Notes under the pieces: model-generated
What the model saw: only the letters and a program-made list of their open reading frames with translations
Database searches by the model: none
Told to the model about the DNA's origin: nothing
Shown: positions 35,566-47,200 of the stretch, piece by piece
Position numbering within the stretch: the stretch's first letter is position 1
Layout of the letters: every line of letters begins with the position of its first letter
Source of the DNA: Callorhinchus milii
Taxonomy: Eukaryota
Assembly (NCBI RefSeq): GCF_018977255.1
Contig: NW_024704742.1
Coordinates: forward strand, 57,352,001 to 57,416,000
Direction: 5' to 3'
Length of the DNA: 64,000 bases
Made by a program: the position numbers and the translations under genes

Positions 35566-37277
35566 GCCAGACCCGTCTGTTGTACACGACTAGTAGCCAC
35601 TGGAGGCAAAATAGTAATGAAAAAGTGGAAGAATTGGAAGTGAAGTGAATGTTACGTGGGCAAATGCAGCAGCTAATTTGCACCAATAATATGCTTCAAC
35701 GACTTGCTCTTATATATCACCCTTGACATTGGTGTGCTTTACAAAAACTAGGTCAAATGCTGAGCAAGGAAGAGGGGACAGGAGAATAGGGGAGTTGACC
35801 ATAGGCGCAGTTGGAGAGGTAACGTTTTGGTGGGATTTAAAGATACAGAGGGAATGAGGTGAAGGGGCAAAGGGTGGTGGAGGGACTTCCAGAGATTAGT
35901 CGTGGGGTAAAAATGCACATCAATCAAACATTGAGATGAGCAGCTAATTCATTTGACTTTTGGGGTGAATTTGTAGGAACTACAAGCTTGGATCCCATCC
36001 TTCTCTTTGCAATAGAGGTATCCCTTTAAATGCAGAGTTTAAACACTCTACACTAATGAACACATGTCTTTTATTGCAATGTTACTACACTGTCCATTGT
36101 GTGAAAACTGATAAGGAAGAGTTTAGTTGTTTTCCTTCCACAAGTGTCAGGTTAAAACGTTTGTTTCCTGCTTTCTTGACACATAGTAGAATTTACTGTA
36201 TGCACAGAGGATTGTAGGAAGGCTGCTTAATTTTGACTGCTTAGTGCTCAGATTTTTGTAGGCCAGATTCTTTGAGAATGTTTAAGAAAATAAAGGTTAG
36301 AACTGTGTATGGCAGATTGGGGGAAGGGTAGGGTTTATGTTACACATCATACAGTGTTGCGAAATAACTGAAGGAAAATACAAAATTACATTCAGTGTGT
36401 CCTTGAAACATGTTATCTGTTATGAAAGGGAATAAATACCATTTAATGCACAGAACCATTACAAGGTGTCGTCATTGTGTTTTTTGTGAACTGCGGTAAG
36501 AGTGCTTTGAAAGATAGCCATAGGAAAATGCTACAGTTGAAGCCTTATCAGCCTTCTACACTGAGCCAGACAAGCTTCCCAAACCAGCCGGAAAAGGAGG
36601 ATGATTTCTTTGCAAAGAAAACTCGGAGCAAAAAACTGTTAGTTTGCTAAATTAATGTTTTACATTCTGCTGAAGTATTCATATTTCAAAGACAAAGAAA
36701 AAAATTGAAGAAACTACCAACTGCCAACTGTTACGTAATGCACTGTATTTTCACCAAATTCTGGCAGTAAGTAACAATTGGAGAATTTGTTTGTGGACAA
36801 GGCATAAGGTGCATGAATATCATTTTGTGCAAAATAATTGCACCAATTAAGAGGAACCTTTCCTGTATATATTGCATGCAAATCTGCAGCTAGCAGTTTT
36901 GAAAGTGCCTGTAACTGTACTGTTCAAAGAGCTGGCATCCAACAACTAAAGAAAAAGTGCTAATCTCACGCAGACTGAAACAACACCCTTTTGGGATAAT
37001 GCTATTACAAACATGGGAACTGGGTTTGAATTGAGTTGAATGCTTTTTTTCTCCTTGCATGGATTTTGGCAGAAATACTGGAGTGTGTCCATGTATGTAT
37101 TGTACCAATGTATGGAACTGCATGCAATTATGTTATCTAAACTAACAAATGTAACGTATCAATAAGAGGCAAATGTCAGACGTTATTAATGACATACTTC
37201 TCAATATAACAGCATAGAAAGTCAGTGATAGAAGCAACACAAATCAGTGTCCTTTCTTTTCAGTGTAAGTTTGCAAA

Positions 37278-37551
37278 TAATAATAATGCTTGCATTTGAA
37301 ATAGCATTTTTCACGTCTTCTAGATGTCTCAAAGCGCTTCACAGAATATACTGTAAAGTGAATTGACTGTATATTTGTGGGCGAAACGCGACAGCCAATT
37401 GTGCACAGCAGTGTCCCACAAACAGTCGTGGATTGAAGTGACCAATTTTATTATTGTTTATTTTCTTGAGGGCTTATTATCAGACGTGTGGAGTAAGGAA
37501 ACTTGCCCAAGGTTTCGCCCTGCCGGGAATCGAAACTAGGTCTCTCGCTTG
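37278..37551 (-). mobile_element. SINE truncated in the anticodon loop
   Basis: Body matches the family; ends at tctctcgcttg. Confidence 0.88.
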
Positions 37552-37764
37552 TCATTAATAACGTCTGACATTTACCTCTTATTTCACATCATTACTGCAG
37601 GAAACACCAGTTTCTTTCTATCACCTGGAAGCAAAACAAAGCAAGAAGTGATGTCATAAGCTAATCGCGTTATAAACCAATTTGCACTGTCGCAAAGTGC
37701 ATTATAATAAACGCTGCACTGTTCATGTCAGACATTATTAATGACATTTTGTGCATGAAACGGG

Positions 37765-37880
37765 AGTTTTGCCCACAAAATATACAGTCAATTCACTTTA
37801 CAGTATATCCTGTGAAGCGCTTTGAGACGTCTTGAAGATGTGATAAGGCCCTATATCAAAAAATGCAAGGATTATTATTA
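37765..37880 (+). mobile_element. SINE 3' fragment
   Basis: gcccacaaaatatacagtcaattcac...atgcaaggattattatt. Confidence 0.85.
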
Positions 37881-38175
37881 CATTCCACAAGCAACATTTG
37901 CCCTGACTATTAAATTGAACTATTGCTTCAATGTGGACTTCACCTGTTCCTTCAGTATGCTCCAGAGGTTAAAAGGCGCTCTGCGCTGTCTGTAAAACAC
38001 ATATCATAATTAAGTATAGATTTTTTGTGTGCAAAAGAAGTATATTGCCAAAATTAAAGTTTAGATGTCCTCCCAAAGTGATAGACACTCTATATTTGTA
38101 AATGTTGTTGCTGTTGGCATTTTTTGCTAAAACAATATTAAACATCTCTTTTGCTCTCTTTGTTCTCAGGTAATA

Positions 38176-38262
38176 ATGCCGGTGGAGAGAATGCGTATGC
38201 GACCGTGGTTGGAAGAGCAAATAAATTCAAATAAAATACCTGGTCTAAAATGGCTAAACAAG
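38176..38262 (+). CDS. IRF2: IRF2 exon 2 coding part ([29 protein letters not shown]); exon starts 38170
   Basis: ttctcag acceptor; AAG|GTAAAA donor; phase 0. Confidence 0.97.
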
Positions 38263-41200
38263 GTAAAAGTTCTACTGCATCCACAAGTTTCTGTAACTTT
38301 CAAAGCCAGTGAGGATGGACAGTTCTTTTTGTTCCATCTGAAGGGACTGTTGGAATTGTGATTGTGAGCAGAAACCTGGTTTAGATAAATTAAAACAAAT
38401 CTGGTCATCAGTAGGTGGATACATATAGATCAGGGCTTGAACCTAAACTTCCTGACTTCGTAAAGAGACAGGTCATAAGGGGAGATCTAGAGCATTGGCA
38501 GAATCAGGTCAACCCGACCCATTGGCACATTCCTCCCTGCATCCATTTAATTAATAATAATAATAATCTTTGCATTTGGTATAGCACCTTATTATGTCAG
38601 AAGGACGTCTCAAAGCACTTCACAGCATTTTACTATGAAATGGACTGACTGTGTATTTGTAGGCAAATGCAGCAGCACAATTGCGCAAAGCAATGTCCCA
38701 CAAAAGTCACAAAGTGAATGACCAATTTTATTTGGGGTATTAATGGCCAGGACACCGGGATAATTCTCTTCCCCTTTCTAATGGTACCACGGGATCTTTA
38801 ACATCCACCTGAACAGGCAGTTTTATCCAAAAGATGGTACCTCCGACTATGCAACAACACCCCACCATCACTGCATTGGAGTTTTGGCAAGTTCCCTATC
38901 AGTTTCTCAATCTTTTTGATACAGGGAAAAGATTCAGTTTCTTCTTAAATTGTAACTAACTTTTAGTAAATGATCCTGTCAAGTCATTCTTGCTAAAGAG
39001 ATCTCTGATGTGGATTTTGGATTACCAGTTCTGGTCAAGAGGTCCAAAGTAGTTAATAATAGTAATAATAATTGTTGCATTTGATATAGCACCTTATTAC
39101 GTCACTGAGACATCTTAAAGCACTTCACATGATATACTATAAAGTGGATTGACTGTGTATTTTGTGGGCGAAATGCGACAGCTAATTTCGCACACTAATG
39201 TCCCACAAACTGCCATGGAGTGAGTGACCAATTTTATTTGGGGGATTGTTGCCCAGGAACAAGGAGAAACTCTCTTCTCTCTTTTAATAGTGCCATGGGA
39301 TCTTTAACCTTCACCTGAACAGCCAGACAGGACCTGACTACCTCCACCCCTTTCCCTTGGCCAATGATAGCGATTGCCAGCTTTTAACCAGATTTTGCAC
39401 ATTTTATTCATTTCAACGTGATTATTATCACCAGTGACAATATCACATCAACATAGACGTCAATTTGTTTAAGTGTATTTGGTGGTGCTGAACACTGACT
39501 TTTGATTGTCTTATTGGATCCAATTCTATAACCATTCATCCACAAAATCCAGTCACTACGCTTTACAATAAGTCCTGTAAAGCGCTTTAAGACATCCTCC
39601 TGATGTGGAATGAAATGCATCAAAATAAATACATGGATTATTTATTATTTATTATTATAATATTATTATACAGAGGCTTTTTGAAAGTAGGATATGGACA
39701 CAAACATTCCATCGGTCGATCCGTGGTAAGATTATCTTTCCTATGATATGATTTCATTAACCCGTGCGTCGTATTCCTAATTGCAGGAACAGAAGATTTT
39801 TCAGATTCCGTGGATGCATGCTGCACGACATGGCTGGGATGTAGAAAAGGATGCTCCTCTATTTAAAAACTGGGCGATTCACACAGGTAGAGAAATCCGA
39901 GACAAGAAACAGTTCATTTACATTAATAGGTCTCAGTTCCCTCGCCTCTGAGTCAGAAGGTTGTGAGTTCAAGCCCCACGTGGTGACTTTCAGCTGATCA
40001 TCTAGACTGACACTCCAGTGCAGTGCTGGTGGGAGCACTCCATTGTCCAGAGATACCTTCCTTTGGGATAAGCCGTTAAACCGAGTACTGTCTGCCTGTT
40101 CAGGTGGATGTTGAAAATCCTATAGGTACTATTTGAAAAGGGAAGGGAGCTTTTCCCGATGTCCTGGCCAACAAATTCCCCTGATAACACTAGTCATTCA
40201 TTTCATGACTGTTTTGGGGACTTTTCTATGCACAAATTGGATGTTGCATTTACCTATAAATAATGCACTGCACTTCAGCAACAATTACATACTTTTATAT
40301 TCATGCAGAGTAGCGTCTCGGAGTGCTTTATAATAAATCCTATTAAGTGATTTGTGACATTTCAACTGTGATAAGAAACAAATAAGGAAAAATGCAAGGA
40401 TTATTTAATAAATGATTATTTAACAAATTTAACAAATTGTTATTTGAAAAATAGTATTACTTTGCCACTAGATGCTGCTCTAACCAGGAGGCTAAGATTT
40501 CTTAGTTCTGTGGAATTTTTCAGTAAATACACGGTTACTACACCTCACCGTGTTGCCCCATCCTTCCTCTGCTATCCCTCGTGATCCCATTCCAAACCTT
40601 TGCTCCACCAACTCTTGCTTTCTTCAAGCTCTCAGCCCGCTCTCCCCCACCATCAGTGGATGAGCTTTCAGCTACTTTGCCCCAATTCTCTGGATTATCT
40701 GAACTCCCTCCACCTTGCTCACTGTCTCTCGGGCTTCCAAAATCTGCCTAAAATCCTTTTGTCAACTTTTCCCCTCACCCGCCAATATTCCTGCCAGTAA
40801 AGTCTGAGTGTTATATAGAATACCAATCTAGCCTTTATGTAACAGATACTATAATATATAATTCCACCACTTGTATTAATGGTCTATATAATTCACCCCT
40901 GTCCCCCAATGTCCCAAGATGCATCCGACATATTGAGGTTTGGGCAACAGGCTGGCTGAGAACAGCGGGAATTCACTTCACCAAGATGAAAGCATTCAAA
41001 TAATTATCAGCCTTGACTCCTGAGCAAGAGGATGTCCTTCACTAGATTTACCGTAAACTTGTAAAGTATAGTGACTGTGCATTTTGTAGGCAAACAAGGC
41101 AGTCAATTCGTACAATGCTTTTCAAGTGCTAAAACATTGCTCCTTTCTTGCCCTGGAAAGGAAAATACCACCACGAGAAAGACAAAGCTGATCCAAAAAC

Positions 41201-44200
41201 ATGGAAAGCCAACTTCCGCTGTGCTATGAACTCTTTACCTGACATAGAAGAAGTCAAGGACAAGAGCATCAAAAAGGGGAGCAACGCATACAGAGTATAC
41301 CGAATGCTACCAGCAACCGAGAAACCATTTAAAAAAGGTACTGAATAAAATAAACACTTTTAAAATAGATATATTTCACAATGCGCCCCCAGATGTGATT
41401 ACGTGGAGGCTGTCTGACCAATGGTTTAAAATGTGAGTCAAATTTTAGTGGTTTGTTACTTCTCATTTCCTGAGATCATGCATTGTCATGTTGAAAGATT
41501 CACTAATATAGCAATAACGCTACTCAATCATCCCTGTAGCTTTATTACTGTGACAATAAACTTGAACTACTAAAATAAATACTGATTTGTAATTTAATGC
41601 AAGGATTATTATTATTATAAAACAAATCAGTTGAAATCAGTCTGTGTTCCTCCCTCCCCACCCCACACACATTTATTAAGTTTTTTTTTCCTATTTTCTC
41701 TTTTTGTCTTGTATGTTTTATTTTAACCCTCTCAGTTGCATTCACTCACCTGGCTCTTCTCCACATAGTGTTAAAAGTGGGTGAAATTTAGGTGAGATAT
41801 AGGCTCCGTGACCCGACCCACGTGAAGTTGTTGTTGACACATTATGATTGGGGGCAGTCTGTCAGTGCAGCCCAGACCTCACTGTGTTTTCCTGCTCCAC
41901 TGTTAGTGTATAGAGCAGATGACATTTGAGCCTGGCCAGAGAGAAAACTTACTCCAAGGAAGAAGTTAGTGAGGGGCAAGCGGAAGAGTCACAGACCCTG
42001 GAAACAAAGAAATTGGAGCAGAAACAGAAAGTGGAAACTGTGAACAAGTAAACCTATCATTAACCTCCACATGTTCTACACAACGATTGTGCTCAGATCA
42101 GCAAACTTGCCTGTGGGGTTTTAAGAGTTAAAGGTCTTGTTTAATTCCACATAACCACTACTTTGTCCTTATTTTTATCGTCTTATCCACTGCATAAAAT
42201 CATATGGAGAAATTCTTCCACTCCATGCTGCAAGTTTCACTCAACATATTTGTTTTACTTCAGTGGTGTCTTGTTCTGCAATCACAGGTAAATCATTTGC
42301 TTATATCTAGATTATTAAATATAATCTAGATTATAATCACAGAAGTGGGAGAAAAATAGGTAAATAGGTGTGACTGCGTTTAAAGAGTCAGCACAGACTG
42401 AATCGGTTGAATGACCTTCTTCTGTGCTGTAAATTTCTACGGTTCTAATCATAAATAGTTGGATTCTGTGACCTTCTTTTCATAATTTAGATAAAGTGTC
42501 AAGTCTCAAAATCATCCTTGCGCCCATGTTTGGACCTTTCATAATAGTTAAACTAAAAACCAACAGCAATAAATCACTCTAGTTTGTACTTTGTACCACT
42601 GTAAAACTAACTGATTATGTACTTTATTTCCGAGAGCTGTTTTTGATTCTACAGAACAGAGAAATGATGATCAGTTTTGTGTATGCTTCAAAATACGTTT
42701 GAATTTCGTCAAGTTATTTATCCGAGTTGAGGATTTATATTTAAATTAAATTACTTCTGCATAGCCAGTTCCTCAAAATGCCAGCAGTTAGCCATGCTCA
42801 GATCCACCAGTGTTTAAGTCATTACCTTTTGTGTTACTTAAATGTGACTGTTGCTCACAGGAAAGAAAGCAAAGGTGGAAAAGGAAGAAACGAGCAAACC
42901 AGCGAAGGTAAAATTATGCCCAAATTTTTTTGTTTTGCTGATGCAGGGCCTATGTTGTATTCAGAGCCCGAAACAGAGACGGTTTGAATCTACAGAGAAT
43001 TAGGATCCAGTGTTGCATCTTTTATTTAATACACACAACACTCTAATTCCTTATTTTTATCGTTTTATCTGCTCCATAAAATCATGTTCTAAAGGTGATG
43101 CTTTTAAATGTACAGATAAGGGTTTAATTGTTCTGATGAGATTCATTGCACTGGTATTTTCGAACACTCAGGAGAATGTGAAAAGGGTGTGCTAGTGAAC
43201 ATAAGGGCTTGTTAAGGTATCATTTTATTCAAAATTTAGGTGAAGGACCAAGCCTTAAAAGGAAATACACCAGCAAGAGTAGTGAAGAAAGAAAGATAAT
43301 TTCAGTAATGAAAAGACCAGTTATTTTTACATTTACTTGTAACATTTTATAAGGCAGTAGCAATTCCTTTTTCATTTGTTAACAAAACCATTGTTTCCAT
43401 TACCCATTGTGTGTTGTGTGAACACATGTGCACAGAGAGAATGATTAAGGAATCATCCGAATTGGTTGTTAATTGCATAATTAATGTCCTCTGTAATTCC
43501 ATCTCTCCATCAGTGTTTATACATGGTTTACACAACTCGAGTTATTGATTCCAATATTACAATACAAACTGGATATTTTATCTGTGTTTCAATAAACACA
43601 TAATGCAGGAAAAAATAAACAAGCCAAGTTAATTCCTCTGGATATAAGATTGCACTCAGGTCAATCTGTAAATAGTTGTCAAAAAGTATTCTTTGGACTA
43701 CTGTTTATCAGATCAACAACAACAACAGCAAGATTACATTTGTATAGCGCCTTTCAGGTCGGGGGGACGTCCCAAGGCTCTGATCAGCATCTTTTTGGCA
43801 ACATTTGGGAATTTAGACAGAACTTGATATTTGGACATTTGGGTAAATAGGACTAAAAAATACATAGGAGGTTCCCAATACATAGGGAATTACATAGCGG
43901 ATTCACAATTTATCTACAGATATTTCTTTTAAGTTAACAAGAATGTGATAACTTTGGATTTGTTGGTTGGGAAAGCTCATAGCTATTTTAACCAGAATTT
44001 TTTTTTATTGTATAGTGGAAAGGACCGAATTTTCCTTTTGAAGATAATGACGTGTTGAGAAATGGCATTTACACATCCTTGAATATTGTCGTGAAAGAGG
44101 AGGCTCAAGTTCATAGCACTGTGGACAACATTATAGGTGAGCAATCTGTCAATGTAGGTCTAAAATGTGATGCTTACAATATGCAAATAGAGATGCATCC

Positions 44201-47200
44201 ACCAGTAGGAACTAATAATAATCTTTACAATTGATATGGTATCATTGACATCAGCAAAATGTCTCAAAACGCTTGACAGGATATGCTTTCAAGTGACTGT
44301 ATATTTTGTAGACGAACACACTCTTAACACTCTCTACTTTTATGTGTGCTGGAGCATAGTTCCCAGTCGGGTTGATGTCTCTGTTAGGAATATCATGTTT
44401 TTATCCCCAAAACAAAGCACATTGTTTTAATGTACATAACAGCTTATTAACTTATATCTTCAAATGTCTTTGATAAAACATGTTGCAGGAAATAGGCAAC
44501 ATTTTGTAAATAAGAGAGAATGAGTGTTTAGATTTTTTTTGACATGAGGCTTAGGTTTTATTTTGGCAAACTGACATTTTTGGTAAAGTAATGTTGTTTA
44601 TTTGTTTAATTGTTTCAATTTCTGTGTCAATTGGTGTTGCTCCCACAAGGACACAAAGCTACAAACAAACAAGCAGGAATCGAAAGCAATTGCTGCTGAA
44701 AGCACATGGGTTCAGGTGCTCAGTATGTGGTGATCTTGAATAGCAGCATGGTGATGGAATTCCATACTGTACTGATAAGGCACATGGTTTATACAACTTG
44801 CATTATTGATTCCAATGCTACATTACAAACTGGATATTTTATCTTTGTTTCAAAAAAAATTGTAATGCAGAAAAAATTAAATGAGACTCCTAAATTCCAT
44901 TGGATTCTAAGATTACACTCATGTCAATCTGTAAATAGTTGTCAAAAAGTACTGTTTGAAGAACTGTTTTATCATATCAGCAACATTTGGGAATTTAGTT
45001 AAGAGAATTCAGCATATTATTATTTTTCTCAGCAAAAAGGGGATGAGTCCAGGGGTGATTTTTTTTTGCCAAATGCTGGGCACGACTATATTCTTGATCC
45101 TGTACATAGTGCAAGATCATTTACTGTGACCAATTGTTACAATGTGATTCCTTTTAAGAAGTTGGGTGCTCTCCAAGTCAAAGTATAATGGATGAACCCA
45201 TGATTGTCAGCAATCCGCCAGATATATGCCAAGTGGTAGAAGTGACCACAGAAAGTGAAGATCAGCCTGTCAGCACAAGCCAGCTATACCCATTGCAGAT
45301 CTCCCCGGTTTCTTCCTATGCAGGTTGGTGTTGGTCTTATATTTATAATCCCTTTATTGCTGCCAGCTAATTTATTGAAATAGTTATGCACATTTGTGAT
45401 CACTTACAATTTTGTGATAGTCACAAGATTACAGACATTGCACAGAAACTGCTTCTGAAAAAAAACATGCAATAGCTCCAGTGGTCTGGATCTCAAATCA
45501 GTACACTGCACAGTTCCTCTGATAGATAAATGGATTAATAATAATCATTGCATTTGATATAGCGCCTCATCATGTCATTGAGACGTCTCAAAGAAACACA
45601 GACCAAACTTAATTTGTGCAAAGCAATTAGCAGCTGTTACTGAGAGCTCCACAGTGCAGTAAGTTTGATTTGTGCTCAATGCTAAGCTTGCTTATCACAG
45701 CTATGTGGCACTGAGGGTGCTACAGCATGCTTCAAATTCCTATGCTAAGGGAAACCAACACACACGGTTTCTATTCCTGTTTGACACTCAGTTATCACTC
45801 ATGGAAAATTGATGTCAGGTGAGGATGTAGTTGAAAGAGTGGTGCTCTTTTTTCCCATTCCCTTCCACCCCTTCCCTGGTCAAAAATCCTGACCACACTC
45901 ACTGCATGGGTCTGCACATATACAATGGGCGCTCGGGTGATTTTGATAGAATGGATGGTTCAAAGACTCTGGCTGCCCCCCCATAGTTAGTGCAGCCCCG
46001 TGGAGTGGTACTGAAACATGAGGGGAAACAATAGTGGTGCCCGGGGGCTTGAGGCTCAACCAATCTGTAAAGATGGAGGGGGAGAGGGGTTAGCAATTGG
46101 ATTGGACCACAATTTTCAATGATGTGTTAATTACCACCAGTAATAATATCACGGTATTGCATTATTTTTTGCCAAATTCACTCATCCAGGAGGAAAACAA
46201 AGGCTTGTGTGTTCCAATTGTTCATCAACACAGGAAGATTGCTTACTAATAGTACTTCTTGCGTTAAGCAAAGCACTTCATTTCAGGGAAATAACATTAC
46301 AACTATAGGGTCTATTATGCACTCTGGGACATTACCCTGTGCGACAGGCCCTATATAAATGCAAGTTGTTGTTGTTATGCGCTACTTGTAAACTCATGTG
46401 TACAGAGGGAACAACAGGTAAGCGATAATTTTGTAGATGGTCAATAAAAAGGATTTATTAATTACGAAATCAGTCACCAGTCCTTTTCATTGGTTTTTAA
46501 ATATATAAATAAGGACACATAAAATTCTCCCTGCTTACATGCAGTTTACTTGTGGTTTACACATAGCACATTATACACCTGATTGGCTAAACACAACATC
46601 AACAACTTGGATTTATATAGCGCCCTCCATGCCGGACGTCGTCTCAGAGGCTAAAGAAGTAGTGAAGCATACAGTAATACGAAAGGGACATTGACAGAAG
46701 CTGGGTTCACCCATTTCAGCACAAAGTAAATTTACCATTTGACCTGAGGTTACAGATGGCCTTATTTATGTATTTGACACTGGGCACCTGACATTGCTGT
46801 AGTTGGTTGTGTTTCTTCCACAGACCTGGGTGAAGAGTTTGAGGCACAGGCAACATTCCGTATTGAAACTTGTTGGTCCAAATAATGATAATAATAATCC
46901 TTGCATTTGATATGGCACCATTTCATATCGGGATGACATCCCAAAGTGGTTCACGTGATTTTGCTATGAAGTGTAGTGACATTTTGTAGGTGAATGCAGC
47001 AACCAATTTGCCTACAACAATGTCTCACAAATAGCTACAAAGTGAACGACTAATTTTACCTGGGGGATTGTTGGCTGGGAAAAATCGTGAGTTATATATT
47101 GAGATAAACAATCAAAAACTCAATGGGATGGGAGGGACAACCGTTAGAGAAAATCAGTGTTTTTAAACTGGGGTCTAAACGTACTGGGCTGTGTCACAAC

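Noticed and set aside
41907..42047. Functional extra coding exon in intron 4
   Set aside because: The good acceptors lead to in-frame stops; the open frame has no strong phase-compatible acceptor.
43240..43305. Alternative exon after tttag ([19 protein letters not shown])
   Set aside because: Stop after 19 codons; similarity to exon 6 limited to a few residues.
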